NCBI GenBank assembly: GCA_041640455.1
Contig: JBEQAF010000007.1
Coordinates: 1 to 28,467 of the forward strand
Direction: 5' to 3'
DNA length: 28,467 nt
Source of the DNA: a bacterium
GTDB taxonomy: Bacteria > CALINM01
The position numbers and the translations under genes are program-made. The notes beneath the pieces were generated by a model. That model made no database searches. It saw only the letters and a program-made list of their open reading frames with translations, and was not told where the DNA came from. Shown one piece after another: positions 8,259 to 16,522 of this stretch. Within the stretch, counting starts at the first letter, position 1, and the number at the start of each line of letters is the position of its first letter.

Positions 8259-8462
8259 CTAATCTTCCAGAAGGAAAATGATATCCATTTTTACACGGTA
8301 TTCCACTATCTTATTCTTTTCCACGCTGGCTTTCATCTCCTTTACCTTAAACCCGGTAATGCCTCTCAATGTTTTGCTCGCCCTTTCAAATCCTACCTTT
8401 ACAGCATCATCAAAGCTTTTCTTGGAACCTGAAATAATCTCTGTGACTCTTGCAACTGGCAT
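8259..8462 (-). CDS. Dodecin family small flavin/cofactor-binding protein
   Basis: 67 aa with VTEIISGSKKSFDDAV...RASKTLRGI...IVEYRV. SD AGGAGG, and TTGACA upstream. Confidence 0.9.
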   Translation of the reverse strand: MPVARVTEIISGSKKSFDDAVKVGFERASKTLRGITGFKVKEMKASVEKNKIVEYRVKMDIIFLLED

Positions 8463-8551
8463 AAATCCCTCCTTTTTGAAAATTGCCTTTTTGTGGCATA
8501 CTTTGAATAAAGCAGAAAAAAATTTTTTGTCAAGTTTTAGAAAAAATTTTT

Positions 8552-9712
8552 TTAATAGATCTGCCTTTTCAGCTCCTTAACTCCCCGTTCTATCCCCTCT
8601 ATGGTGAGCGGAAACATGGGAAAGATTGAAGCTATAGCTTTGAGAGTCTGATGTTGCCATGATATGCCATTTACAGGATTTAGCCAGATTGAGTGTCTGA
8701 AATGCTTTTTTATAATCTTAAGCCAGTCTATACCAGCCTTACCCTTTCTTTCTAAAAAATATATAAACTGATAGGAGTTGTAAAGCTCATAGGGAGACAT
8801 AAGCGCATCGCCTATAATTATCACCTTCCAGTCGGGATTATGATCTCTAATTAATCTATCTGTGGAAATCTTTTTCCAGTTTTCCATATCTTCATAGATA
8901 AAATCGTAAATGCAGTTGTGAAAATAAAAATATTTAAAATCTTTGAAGAATCTCAGATTTTTAGCCGCAGAAAAAAGCCTCTCCACCCTCTCCCTATAGG
9001 GATCCATAGATCCGCCATTGTCTATCAACAGAAGCAGTTTGAGGTCATTTTTTCTCTCTTTTTTCATTTCAATCTCTATGTCTCCAAAGTTTTTTGCTGT
9101 TTTATCAATCGTTTCTTCAATATCTACCTCTTCAGAAACTCCCTCCTCCCTGAAATATCTAAGTTTTTTTAAAGCAAGGCTTATATTTCTCGTATCCAGA
9201 AGTATATCTTCTCTGAGATTTTTGAAATGACGTTCTGACGCCACAAAAAATGCCCTGTTGTTTACACTGCTACCGCCCACTCTTATGCCATCTCTTTCTA
9301 CACCATAGCTACCAAAAGGAGAATAGCCTCTCTGCCCTATATGTCTCCCCCCGCCAGTGTGCTTTTCCTTCTGATTCATCAGTCTCTCATTGAATCTTCT
9401 CAGAATCTCATTTAGAGGGAGATCCTCAAAGGATCTGTGAACCTCCCCCAAATAATCCTCGTCTAAAAACTTCATCAGCTCATCGATCCTTTCTTTTGGG
9501 TCCCCGCCGCTCTCAATGAACTCTATATAGGCTCTATCATAGGCATCGTAAAGCTTTTCCGATTTGACCAGCACAAATCTTCCTTTAAAATAAAGCTCCG
9601 AAATATCTCCTATCTCTCCGAGCTTCATTAAATTGTAAAGATCCTTCCATTCCTTAAAAGTGACCTTTATGCCATTTTTTCTGAGTATATAAAAGAATAT
9701 TAGAAGAGACAT
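8552..9712 (-). CDS. VWA-domain (CoxE-like) protein, MoxR partner
   Basis: MIDAS-like LLIDNGGSMDPY, YFYFHNCIYD, IIGDALMSPYEL, WLNP; adjacent to the MoxR ATPase. Confidence 0.85.
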   Translation of the reverse strand: MSLLIFFYILRKNGIKVTFKEWKDLYNLMKLGEIGDISELYFKGRFVLVKSEKLYDAYDRAYIEFIESGGDPKERIDELMKFLDEDYLGEVHRSFEDLPLNEILRRFNERLMNQKEKHTGGGRHIGQRGYSPFGSYGVERDGIRVGGSSVNNRAFFVASERHFKNLREDILLDTRNISLALKKLRYFREEGVSEEVDIEETIDKTAKNFGDIEIEMKKERKNDLKLLLLIDNGGSMDPYRERVERLFSAAKNLRFFKDFKYFYFHNCIYDFIYEDMENWKKISTDRLIRDHNPDWKVIIIGDALMSPYELYNSYQFIYFLERKGKAGIDWLKIIKKHFRHSIWLNPVNGISWQHQTLKAIASIFPMFPLTIEGIERGVKELKRQIY

Positions 9713-9713
9713 G

Positions 9714-10526
9714 TTATTTAAAAACTACCCTCTGCAGATATTCGAGATCTTGCTCTTTTTTGATAAGTGTTCCAGGATAAGGGATCTTTTTCAGACTTAT
9801 TCCATCTATATCAATACAAGAAGCCATTAACACCCTTATCCAGTCCAGAAGCTCACTTGTTGAGGGCTTTTTTCTTAAATCAGGAATCTTTCTCAGATCG
9901 TAAAATATTTTTAAAGCCTTTTCCAGTAGCTCCTTATGTACTTCAGGGAAGTGGACATAAACAATCTGTTTCATGAGATCGTAATCAGGAAACTCTATAT
10001 AATGAAATATACACCTTCTCAGAAAAGGGTCTGGTAGATCTTTTTCACTGTTACTGGTAATAATTACCACAGGCCTCTGTCTTGCAACTATGGTCTCCTT
10101 AGTCTCAGGGATGTAAAAGCTCATCTCGTCCAGTTCATTTAAAAGGTCATTTGGAAACTCAATATCTGCCTTGTCTATCTCGTCTATGACAAGCACTGAT
10201 CTATCTTCTGATACAAAAGCTTCGGCTAACTTCCCCAGCTTTATATACTGCCTTACATCCGATATGTCCCTATCATGAAATCTTGCATCGTTTAATCTCT
10301 GCACTGTATCGTAAAAATACAACCCATCTTTAGCCTTGGTGGTTGACTTAATATTCCAGACAATAAGCTTCATAGAAAGGGCTTCGGCTATGCTCTGAGC
10401 CAGCATGGTCTTGCCTGTGCCTGGCTCTCCTTTGATAAGCAATGGCTTTTCCAATATCATCGCCACGTTAACAGCCTCAATAAGCTCCTTTGATGCCACA
10501 TATCCTTTACTGCCATTATAGCTCAT
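9714..10526 (-). CDS. MoxR family AAA+ ATPase
   Basis: GEPGTGKT, IDEIDKADIEFPNDLL, ITSNSEKDLPDPFLRRC, KKPSTSELLDW. Confidence 0.93.
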   Translation of the reverse strand: MSYNGSKGYVASKELIEAVNVAMILEKPLLIKGEPGTGKTMLAQSIAEALSMKLIVWNIKSTTKAKDGLYFYDTVQRLNDARFHDRDISDVRQYIKLGKLAEAFVSEDRSVLVIDEIDKADIEFPNDLLNELDEMSFYIPETKETIVARQRPVVIITSNSEKDLPDPFLRRCIFHYIEFPDYDLMKQIVYVHFPEVHKELLEKALKIFYDLRKIPDLRKKPSTSELLDWIRVLMASCIDIDGISLKKIPYPGTLIKKEQDLEYLQRVVFK

Positions 10527-11653
10527 ATTTCTGCTCCCTTGAGTATTTCTAAAATTATCTCGTTACTAATCAGGTATTTTTCTTCCCTGATACTCCATTT
10601 TCCATTTTCTTCCTCCAAAAATCCAGCTTTTTTAAGCTCATTAAGATTTTTGAGTATAGATTTATGACAGCTTGGGAAGCTTTCTTTTATGGTATCAGTA
10701 AAAAGCCCCCTTTTTGTTCTTAAAGGTAAAAAAACCATTTCAAAAAGGATATCAGCTGCCTTTAACTGCTCAGTCTGGAAGCTTGCTGGGTTTTTAATAT
10801 ATTCCTTTATATCCGAGATGTTTTTTATTCTTATCTCTCTGTCCTTGCCCAGATATGAGGCTGCAGATGCTCCAAACCCGAGATAGTCTTTCCTCTCCCA
10901 GTAAAGCTGATTGTGAAGACACTCAAAGCCAGCTTTTGAGTAGCTGGATATCTCATAATGGATGTAACCTTTATCTCTTGCGAAGGAGATAAAAAACTCA
11001 TAATCTGAAATCTGTTTCTCCTCAAGGACTTCATAACTGTCATAAAAGGGTGTACCTTTTTCAACTGACAAAAGATAGAAGGAGATATGAGGAGGATTAA
11101 TATTTTCAAGCTCTTTAATGTCCTTTTCAATATCTCTCCTTACATGCTCGCCCCTATAAAAGCCATCAATGCCTCCTATGAGGTCAATAGAAAAATTATT
11201 AAAATATTTTTTTACCATCTCGGCAGCTCTTTTAGCCTCATAACTTTTGTGATTTCGCCCCAGCACTGTAAGGATACGATCATCAAAGCTTTGCATCCCC
11301 AGAGATAGCCTGTTTACCCCCATGTCTTTGTATAATTCTAACTTCTGCTCCGTAAGACTATCTGGATTTGCCTCTATTGTAATCTCAATAAAATCAAAGT
11401 TTAGAGAATAGAGATACTTCAGTAGCAGTTGCATCTGATCAATATCAAGAATGGCGGGATTTCCTCCTCCAATATAAAGGGTGGCTTCTTTGTTATCAAA
11501 AAAATTTGGATAAAGTCTTTTTTTTATCTCTACCTCTTCTTTTAAAGCCGATAGATAGGGTGATATCTCTGTTAAATCTGAACTGGAATAAAAACTGCAG
11601 TAGTTACATTTTTTGTTACAAAAGGGGATATGGATATATAAACCTTTTAACAT
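10523..11653 (-). CDS. hemW: Radical SAM heme chaperone HemW (HemN-like)
   Basis: YIHIPFC-NKK-C-NY-C (CxxxCxxC), GGGNP, EANP, NRLSLG, YEIS and the HemW-type HNxxYW (HNQLYW). Confidence 0.88.
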   Translation of the reverse strand: MLKGLYIHIPFCNKKCNYCSFYSSSDLTEISPYLSALKEEVEIKKRLYPNFFDNKEATLYIGGGNPAILDIDQMQLLLKYLYSLNFDFIEITIEANPDSLTEQKLELYKDMGVNRLSLGMQSFDDRILTVLGRNHKSYEAKRAAEMVKKYFNNFSIDLIGGIDGFYRGEHVRRDIEKDIKELENINPPHISFYLLSVEKGTPFYDSYEVLEEKQISDYEFFISFARDKGYIHYEISSYSKAGFECLHNQLYWERKDYLGFGASAASYLGKDREIRIKNISDIKEYIKNPASFQTEQLKAADILFEMVFLPLRTKRGLFTDTIKESFPSCHKSILKNLNELKKAGFLEEENGKWSIREEKYLISNEIILEILKGAEI

Positions 11654-11662
11654 TACAAACTA

Positions 11663-12286
11663 TCAATTAATCTCTGTTTTACCAAGAACACCGCCAGAAA
11701 GAATAAGAGAGAATGCTTCATCAACCTTAAGGTCGCTTTCTATAATCTGCTCTTCTTGTACGTTTATAAGAAAGCCTGCTGTGGGATTTATCGCCGTTGG
11801 CACATAAACATAGTAATGTTTGGCATTATCTTTAACTGACGGTGCCCTGTTCGTAAGAAAGCCTATGGCATATACATCCTTGTGGGGGAAGGGCACAAGC
11901 ACAACTCTTTTAAATTTTGACTTCTCGTCATCAATGAAGGTATCGGTCATCTTTTTAATTGCCCCATAGACAGGTCTTGATATGGGTATTATTGTAAATA
12001 TTTTATCAACTATCTGCATAATTCTTTTCCCCACATATTGCCTTGAAAAAAAACCAACAATTATAAGGAATAGAAAGCTTATCACAGCCCCTACAAAGGG
12101 GAACTTTAGGATTTTGAAACTATCCGAAAGCCCCAAGGTGTCAAGTATCTCAATAATTATGCCGTCAAAAAAGCTGATAATCTTTATTACAATAATAATG
12201 GTAATATAGGCTGGGATAAAGGTTGCGAGCCCAAAAAAGAAGTATCTTTTTATATTGTTTTTAATCTGCTGAAAAAGACTGTTCAT
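11663..12286 (-). CDS. DUF502 membrane protein
   Basis: Two N-terminal TM helices, IPISRPVY, FKRVVLVPFP, YAIGF, VYVPTAINPTAGF, ILSGG. Confidence 0.88.
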   Translation of the reverse strand: MNSLFQQIKNNIKRYFFFGLATFIPAYITIIIVIKIISFFDGIIIEILDTLGLSDSFKILKFPFVGAVISFLFLIIVGFFSRQYVGKRIMQIVDKIFTIIPISRPVYGAIKKMTDTFIDDEKSKFKRVVLVPFPHKDVYAIGFLTNRAPSVKDNAKHYYVYVPTAINPTAGFLINVQEEQIIESDLKVDEAFSLILSGGVLGKTEIN

Positions 12287-13427
12287 TTAGAACCTCGCTT
12301 AAATATCTATATTTTGAATTAAAAATATCAGTGTTATCAAAATACAGATAACTTTCTTCTGCTTTTAAATCAACAATCTCTTCCCATCCATAGGTAAGGG
12401 CATGTAAGACCTTTTCTTGAATTCTATCTATCTGAGAAAATTTTTTGACCATTAGCCTGCCATCTGCCAGCACATTGAGATCTTTGTTTGTATAGAGGCT
12501 ATCTGAGCCTATTGCCCATCTGAGTTCAAGAGCTATAATCTTTTCCAGCTGGGGAAGCTTTCCTGTAAAATAAAGATTGCTTCTCGGGCATACTACTATT
12601 TTCACGCATCTCTTTTTCACCTCTTCAAAGTCCTTTTCTTCAAACTGGGTACAGTGAACAAGAATACAGTCGTGAGCTAAGTCAAGATAGTCCATAATGT
12701 CCCTGTAACTTTTAAAATTAAACCTTCCTGTTTTAGCTGAGCTGAATATTTTTCTAAAACCAGAAAGATCGTTATTAAAAAGAAACTCTGACTCCTCTTT
12801 TTTTTCTCCCATATGGATCATAACTTTTAGATTATTTGCTCTCGCAAATTTTATCAACTCCTTTGCTTTTTTTGGCGGGGTAGTGTAGAGAGAGTGAATA
12901 GAGAGCCCGATTTTCTTTGTATCTCCATGCTTTTCAAAGAAGGTTAAAAAGTCCTGCCATTTTTTTTTAAAAAGCTCCTCTTGGTAGCCAAGAACTTCAT
13001 AAAAAACCAAGCCGTAAAGTTTTTTATTATAAAAAAGTGGTCCATCAGGCAAAACCGATCTTATATCCAGAACCTTATCTATCCCTTTCTTTAGAAGATA
13101 TCTTTCACCTCTATTTATATTTTTCTCAAAATCTTTCTGATTTTTTGTCCTCTTTATTCTTACCACCTCAATTATCCAGTCCCAGAGCTCCTTATCTGAA
13201 AGAGATCTGTTTACAGGCAAAGCTCTTTCTGTAAGCTCAAGATGGGTGTGGGCATTAAGGATGCTGGGAGTAACAACCCCCTTTAGTTTAATTATGTTAT
13301 AATTTTCTGCTTTTGATGGAACTTTATCTGTTCTTTCAATAACTTTGTTGTCTTTAAGTCGGAAAAAAGATTTTTTTTTAAGCCCCTTCTCTGATAAAAA
13401 GTCAACCTCTACCCATTTTCTGGTCAC
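12261..13427 (-). CDS. Metal-dependent amidohydrolase/deaminase (possibly aminodeoxyfutalosine deaminase-like)
   Basis: NAHTHLE (HxH), SIHSLYT, IHMGE, LVHC, CPRSN, GSDS. GTG start overlaps the panD stop. Substrate is an inference only. Confidence 0.8.
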   Translation of the reverse strand: MTRKWVEVDFLSEKGLKKKSFFRLKDNKVIERTDKVPSKAENYNIIKLKGVVTPSILNAHTHLELTERALPVNRSLSDKELWDWIIEVVRIKRTKNQKDFEKNINRGERYLLKKGIDKVLDIRSVLPDGPLFYNKKLYGLVFYEVLGYQEELFKKKWQDFLTFFEKHGDTKKIGLSIHSLYTTPPKKAKELIKFARANNLKVMIHMGEKKEESEFLFNNDLSGFRKIFSSAKTGRFNFKSYRDIMDYLDLAHDCILVHCTQFEEKDFEEVKKRCVKIVVCPRSNLYFTGKLPQLEKIIALELRWAIGSDSLYTNKDLNVLADGRLMVKKFSQIDRIQEKVLHALTYGWEEIVDLKAEESYLYFDNTDIFNSKYRYLSEVLNEQSFSAD

Positions 13428-13780
13428 TTAATAATTTCCTCGTTATTCTCATCCAGATAGATATTTGTTGGCTTATGCCCTTTTTTAATCTCCTCTTCGG
13501 AGTATAAGCCGTAGGTAGCTATAATAATTACATCTCCCTTATTTGCCTTATGAACAGCCGCTCCGTTAACACAGATAACCTTTGAGCCTCTTCTGCCCGG
13601 TATGGCGTAGGTGGTAAACCTGTTCCCATTTGTTACATTGTATATGTGTACCTGCTCGTAAGGCAGAATCTTTGCCTTTTCCATGTAATCCTCATCTATG
13701 GTTATACTGCCTTCGTAGTGCAGACTGGCATCGGTTACTGTTGCCCGATGAATTTTTGATTTAAGCATTGAGTAAAACAT
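13424..13780 (-). CDS. panD: Aspartate 1-decarboxylase
   Basis: [20 protein letters not shown] self-cleavage site, [12 protein letters not shown]. Confidence 0.98.
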   Translation of the reverse strand: MFYSMLKSKIHRATVTDASLHYEGSITIDEDYMEKAKILPYEQVHIYNVTNGNRFTTYAIPGRRGSKVICVNGAAVHKANKGDVIIIATYGLYSEEEIKKGHKPTNIYLDENNEEIIK

Positions 13781-14635
13781 TTATTTAACCTCCAGAATGG
13801 TATTATCTATGAGCCTTGTGCTTCCCACAAAAACAGCAAGGGCAAGAAGCAGATCCCTATCCATAGGTCCTTTCTCAACGTAATCAAGAGTTTCAAGATC
13901 GCAGAGTTTAACATAATCTATTCTTGTTAACGGTGTTTTTTCTATAAGATCTGTGACTGCACTTATTATCTTTACGGAATCCCTTTCTCCCTCTTTTACC
14001 AGCCTTTTTGCCAGATTTATAGCCCTGTAAAGACACAGGGCAGATCTTCTCTCTTCGGGGCTTAAATAGGTATTTCTTGAGCTCATTGCAAGCCCATCAG
14101 CCTCTCTTACAATAGGTACACCGATTATCTCAATATCCATATTAAGATCCCTTATCATTCTTCTGATTGTTACATACTGCTGATAGTCTTTGAGCCCGAA
14201 GTAGGCAATGTCTGGCATTACCGCATTAAAGAGCTTGCAAACCACCGTAGTAACCCCTCTGAAATGACCAGGTCTGCTGGCGCCACATAGATTTTTTGTA
14301 ACCTCAGTAACCTCAACAAAGCTCTGAAAGCCTTCGGGATACATCTCATCCGCCTGTGGGTGAAATATATAATCAGTCTCACAACCTTTTAACAACGTAG
14401 CATCTCTTTCAAAATCTCTTGGATACCTCGAAAAATCCTCTTTAGGACCAAACTGTAAGGGGTTAACAAAAATGCTAACCACAACCGTGTCACATCTTTT
14501 CTTGGCTTCTCTGACAAGTGTTAGATGCCCTTCATGTAGATACCCCATAGTAGGAACAAAGCCTATAATATGCCCTTCCTTTTTGTGTTCACGGGATATT
14601 ATCTGCATCTCTTTAATCTTTGTTATAACCTTCAT
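13781..14635 (-). CDS. panC: Pantoate-beta-alanine ligase
   Basis: FVPTMGYLHEGH, SIFVNPLQF, RPGHFRGV, FGLKDYQQ, GLAMSSRN, RLIDN. Confidence 0.98.
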   Translation of the reverse strand: MKVITKIKEMQIISREHKKEGHIIGFVPTMGYLHEGHLTLVREAKKRCDTVVVSIFVNPLQFGPKEDFSRYPRDFERDATLLKGCETDYIFHPQADEMYPEGFQSFVEVTEVTKNLCGASRPGHFRGVTTVVCKLFNAVMPDIAYFGLKDYQQYVTIRRMIRDLNMDIEIIGVPIVREADGLAMSSRNTYLSPEERRSALCLYRAINLAKRLVKEGERDSVKIISAVTDLIEKTPLTRIDYVKLCDLETLDYVEKGPMDRDLLLALAVFVGSTRLIDNTILEVK

Positions 14636-14643
14636 AAATCCTC

Positions 14644-15438
14644 TTATTTAAAAATATGCTCCGCTGTGGGGAAAGCGCCTTCCTTTACCTCGCTTATATA
14701 GCTTTTAACAGCATTCTCTATTAACGGGGCAAGGTCAATATATTTTTTTACAAATTTAGGTCTAAATCCTTCAAAAAGCCCCAGTATGTCATTTATTACC
14801 AGCACCTGCCCATCGGTAAATCTACCAGCACCTATGCCTATGGTAGGAATACTTATTGCCTTTGTAATCTCTTCTGCCAGATCTTCCGGTACGCATTCAA
14901 GCACAATGGAGAAAGCCCCCGCCTCTTCCAGCGCCCTTGCGCTCTCAATAAGTCTTTTTCTTGCCTCATCGGTCTTTCCCTGAACCTTATAGCCACCGAG
15001 CAGATTAACTGACTGAGGAGTAAGCCCTATATGACCCATGACAGGAATACCTGACAAAAAAAGCCTCCTCACAGCCTCACATATCTCTATGCCGCCTTCA
15101 AGCTTAACAGCCTCAGCCCCGTTTTTAATCATCAATCCACAGTTATGAACTGCCTCCTCAATAGATGTTTGATAGGACAGAAAGGGCATATCGGCAACCA
15201 CAAGGGCATTTTTTCTTCCTCTAACCACCGCCTTAGTATGATAAATTATCTCATCTACTGTAACTGGAAGTGTGTTTTCGTAGCCAGAAAAAACAACCCC
15301 ACAGGAATCTCCCACAAGCAACATATCTACACCTGCCCTGTCAAGCAAAACTGCCATTGAATAGTCATAGCAGGTGAGCATGGTTATCTTTTCCCTTTGT
15401 CTTTTTTTCTCAATAATGACAGGAACTGTAATTTTCAT
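14644..15438 (-). CDS. panB: 3-methyl-2-oxobutanoate hydroxymethyltransferase
   Basis: MLTCYD, LLVGDS, ADMPF, AVKLEGG, GHIGLTPQ, GIGAG, DGQVLV. True start is the ATG at 15438 (GGAGG 5 nt upstream); the ORF-track extension to 15528 is leader RNA. Confidence 0.97.
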   Translation of the reverse strand: MKITVPVIIEKKRQREKITMLTCYDYSMAVLLDRAGVDMLLVGDSCGVVFSGYENTLPVTVDEIIYHTKAVVRGRKNALVVADMPFLSYQTSIEEAVHNCGLMIKNGAEAVKLEGGIEICEAVRRLFLSGIPVMGHIGLTPQSVNLLGGYKVQGKTDEARKRLIESARALEEAGAFSIVLECVPEDLAEEITKAISIPTIGIGAGRFTDGQVLVINDILGLFEGFRPKFVKKYIDLAPLIENAVKSYISEVKEGAFPTAEHIFK

Positions 15439-15447
15439 TAAGCCTCC

Positions 15448-15486
15448 AACAAAAAAGCCCTCAAGACGAAAAGAGTCTTGAAGGCT
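15448..15486 (-). terminator. Intrinsic terminator (attenuator) in the panB leader
   Basis: AGCCUUCAAGAC-7 nt-GUCUUGAGGGCU (12 bp with one G-U) followed by UUUUUGUU, just before the panB SD. Confidence 0.88.
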
Positions 15487-15505
15487 CTGGCTTTCAAATC
15501 TCTTC

Positions 15506-15532
15506 CCGTCTCGGTCCGGCGGATCCAAGCGG
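15506..15532 (-). ncRNA. pan RNA motif (cis-regulatory hairpin with two bulged A)
   Basis: CCG-CUUGG-[A]-UCC-gcc-GGA-CCGAG-[A]-CGG has a bulged A on each strand and sits upstream of panBCD, as described for the pan motif. Confidence 0.85.
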
Positions 15533-15542
15533 TTATAGATTA

Positions 15543-15572
15543 ATGTTATATCTAAAACATCGTTTTAGTCAA
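15543..15572 (-). promoter_or_regulatory. Promoter of the pan operon
   Basis: TTGACT (15572-15567) with TATAAC at 16 nt or TAACAT at 18 nt spacing, just upstream of the pan hairpin. Confidence 0.6.
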
Positions 15573-15748
15573 CAGCTAATTTGCTTAAACAAAATTAATA
15601 TAAATATTAGCCGGAAAGATAAAAATAGGTTTGACTTATACAGTTATTTTTTACCTGAGATGTTTTTTGAAAGCTATCAACTCCCTTTCAGTTTAAAATC
15701 TGCTAAAATCATTTGATATGGCTTCGAGAGTTATTTTAAAAATTCTAA

Positions 15749-16522
15749 CTATTTAAATTTGTCAAAATATCTATCAATTTTACCTCTTAATTCCAAGCCC
15801 ACTTTTTCAAAGCATTTTAATATCTCTTCATAAGCTCCTTCACCACCAATAAAATCCCAGAATTCCTTTGCAACCTTTAACTCTTTCTCCAGATCCAGCA
15901 TCCCCTTAAGTGTCCATCTTTCATAGGGTTCTGGTTCATAGGGATTATAGGGAATTGCAATATATGAGTTCACCTTAGCCGTGGGATCATTAACTAAATA
16001 AATTGCAATCCGTTCCAAAAGTGTTCTTTTAAAATCCTTAAAATTACTGACATTAGGTTTTGCTGTTTTAATATCAACCAGATAAATCTCTCCTTTTTCA
16101 TCTTCAAGAAAGAGATCTGCTTTTACTGTCTTCAATTTGTTAAGCTTACCTTTGTTGCAAACTTTTACTATTCTTTCTATTTCCTTTGATTTGTCAGGAT
16201 TTTTACCTATTGTTAGTTCATTTATAATACGCTGAATCTCTGTTTGGGCTTCTTCACTGATAGTATTACCTACAAGAAACTGTTTTTTTGCCTTCTTAAA
16301 ATTCAAGCTCGCAAGCGTTTCCGCCACAGGTTCAAAAATAGAAGTGCCAAAGGTAGTATTTAAAGAGTGAATAAACGAAAATAATGCCATTCTATCCTTC
16401 CCAAGCAATCTGTAGTGAAATGGCATATTATTTGTTTCAGGTCTGTATGTTTTTAATTTTTTCAGCAGACTTTTCTTAATGGTGTCTTCTATTTTGTTTA
16501 GCTGGTTTTTTTTAAAAGTCAA
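15749..16522 (-). CDS. Type II restriction endonuclease, TdeIII/MjaII-like
   Basis: MPFHYRLLGKDRMALFSFIHSLNTTFGTSIFE, PD-(D/E)xK-like ADLFL...DIKTAKPN, AIPYNPY, FWDF. TTG start abuts the methyltransferase stop. GGNCC specificity is inferred from family only. Confidence 0.8.
   Translation of the reverse strand: MTFKKNQLNKIEDTIKKSLLKKLKTYRPETNNMPFHYRLLGKDRMALFSFIHSLNTTFGTSIFEPVAETLASLNFKKAKKQFLVGNTISEEAQTEIQRIINELTIGKNPDKSKEIERIVKVCNKGKLNKLKTVKADLFLEDEKGEIYLVDIKTAKPNVSNFKDFKRTLLERIAIYLVNDPTAKVNSYIAIPYNPYEPEPYERWTLKGMLDLEKELKVAKEFWDFIGGEGAYEEILKCFEKVGLELRGKIDRYFDKFK

Noticed and set aside
15439..15528. 30-aa N-terminal extension of PanB, or a leader peptide
   Set aside because: It runs through the pan hairpin and terminator from a TTG without SD, while a good SD precedes ATG 15438.
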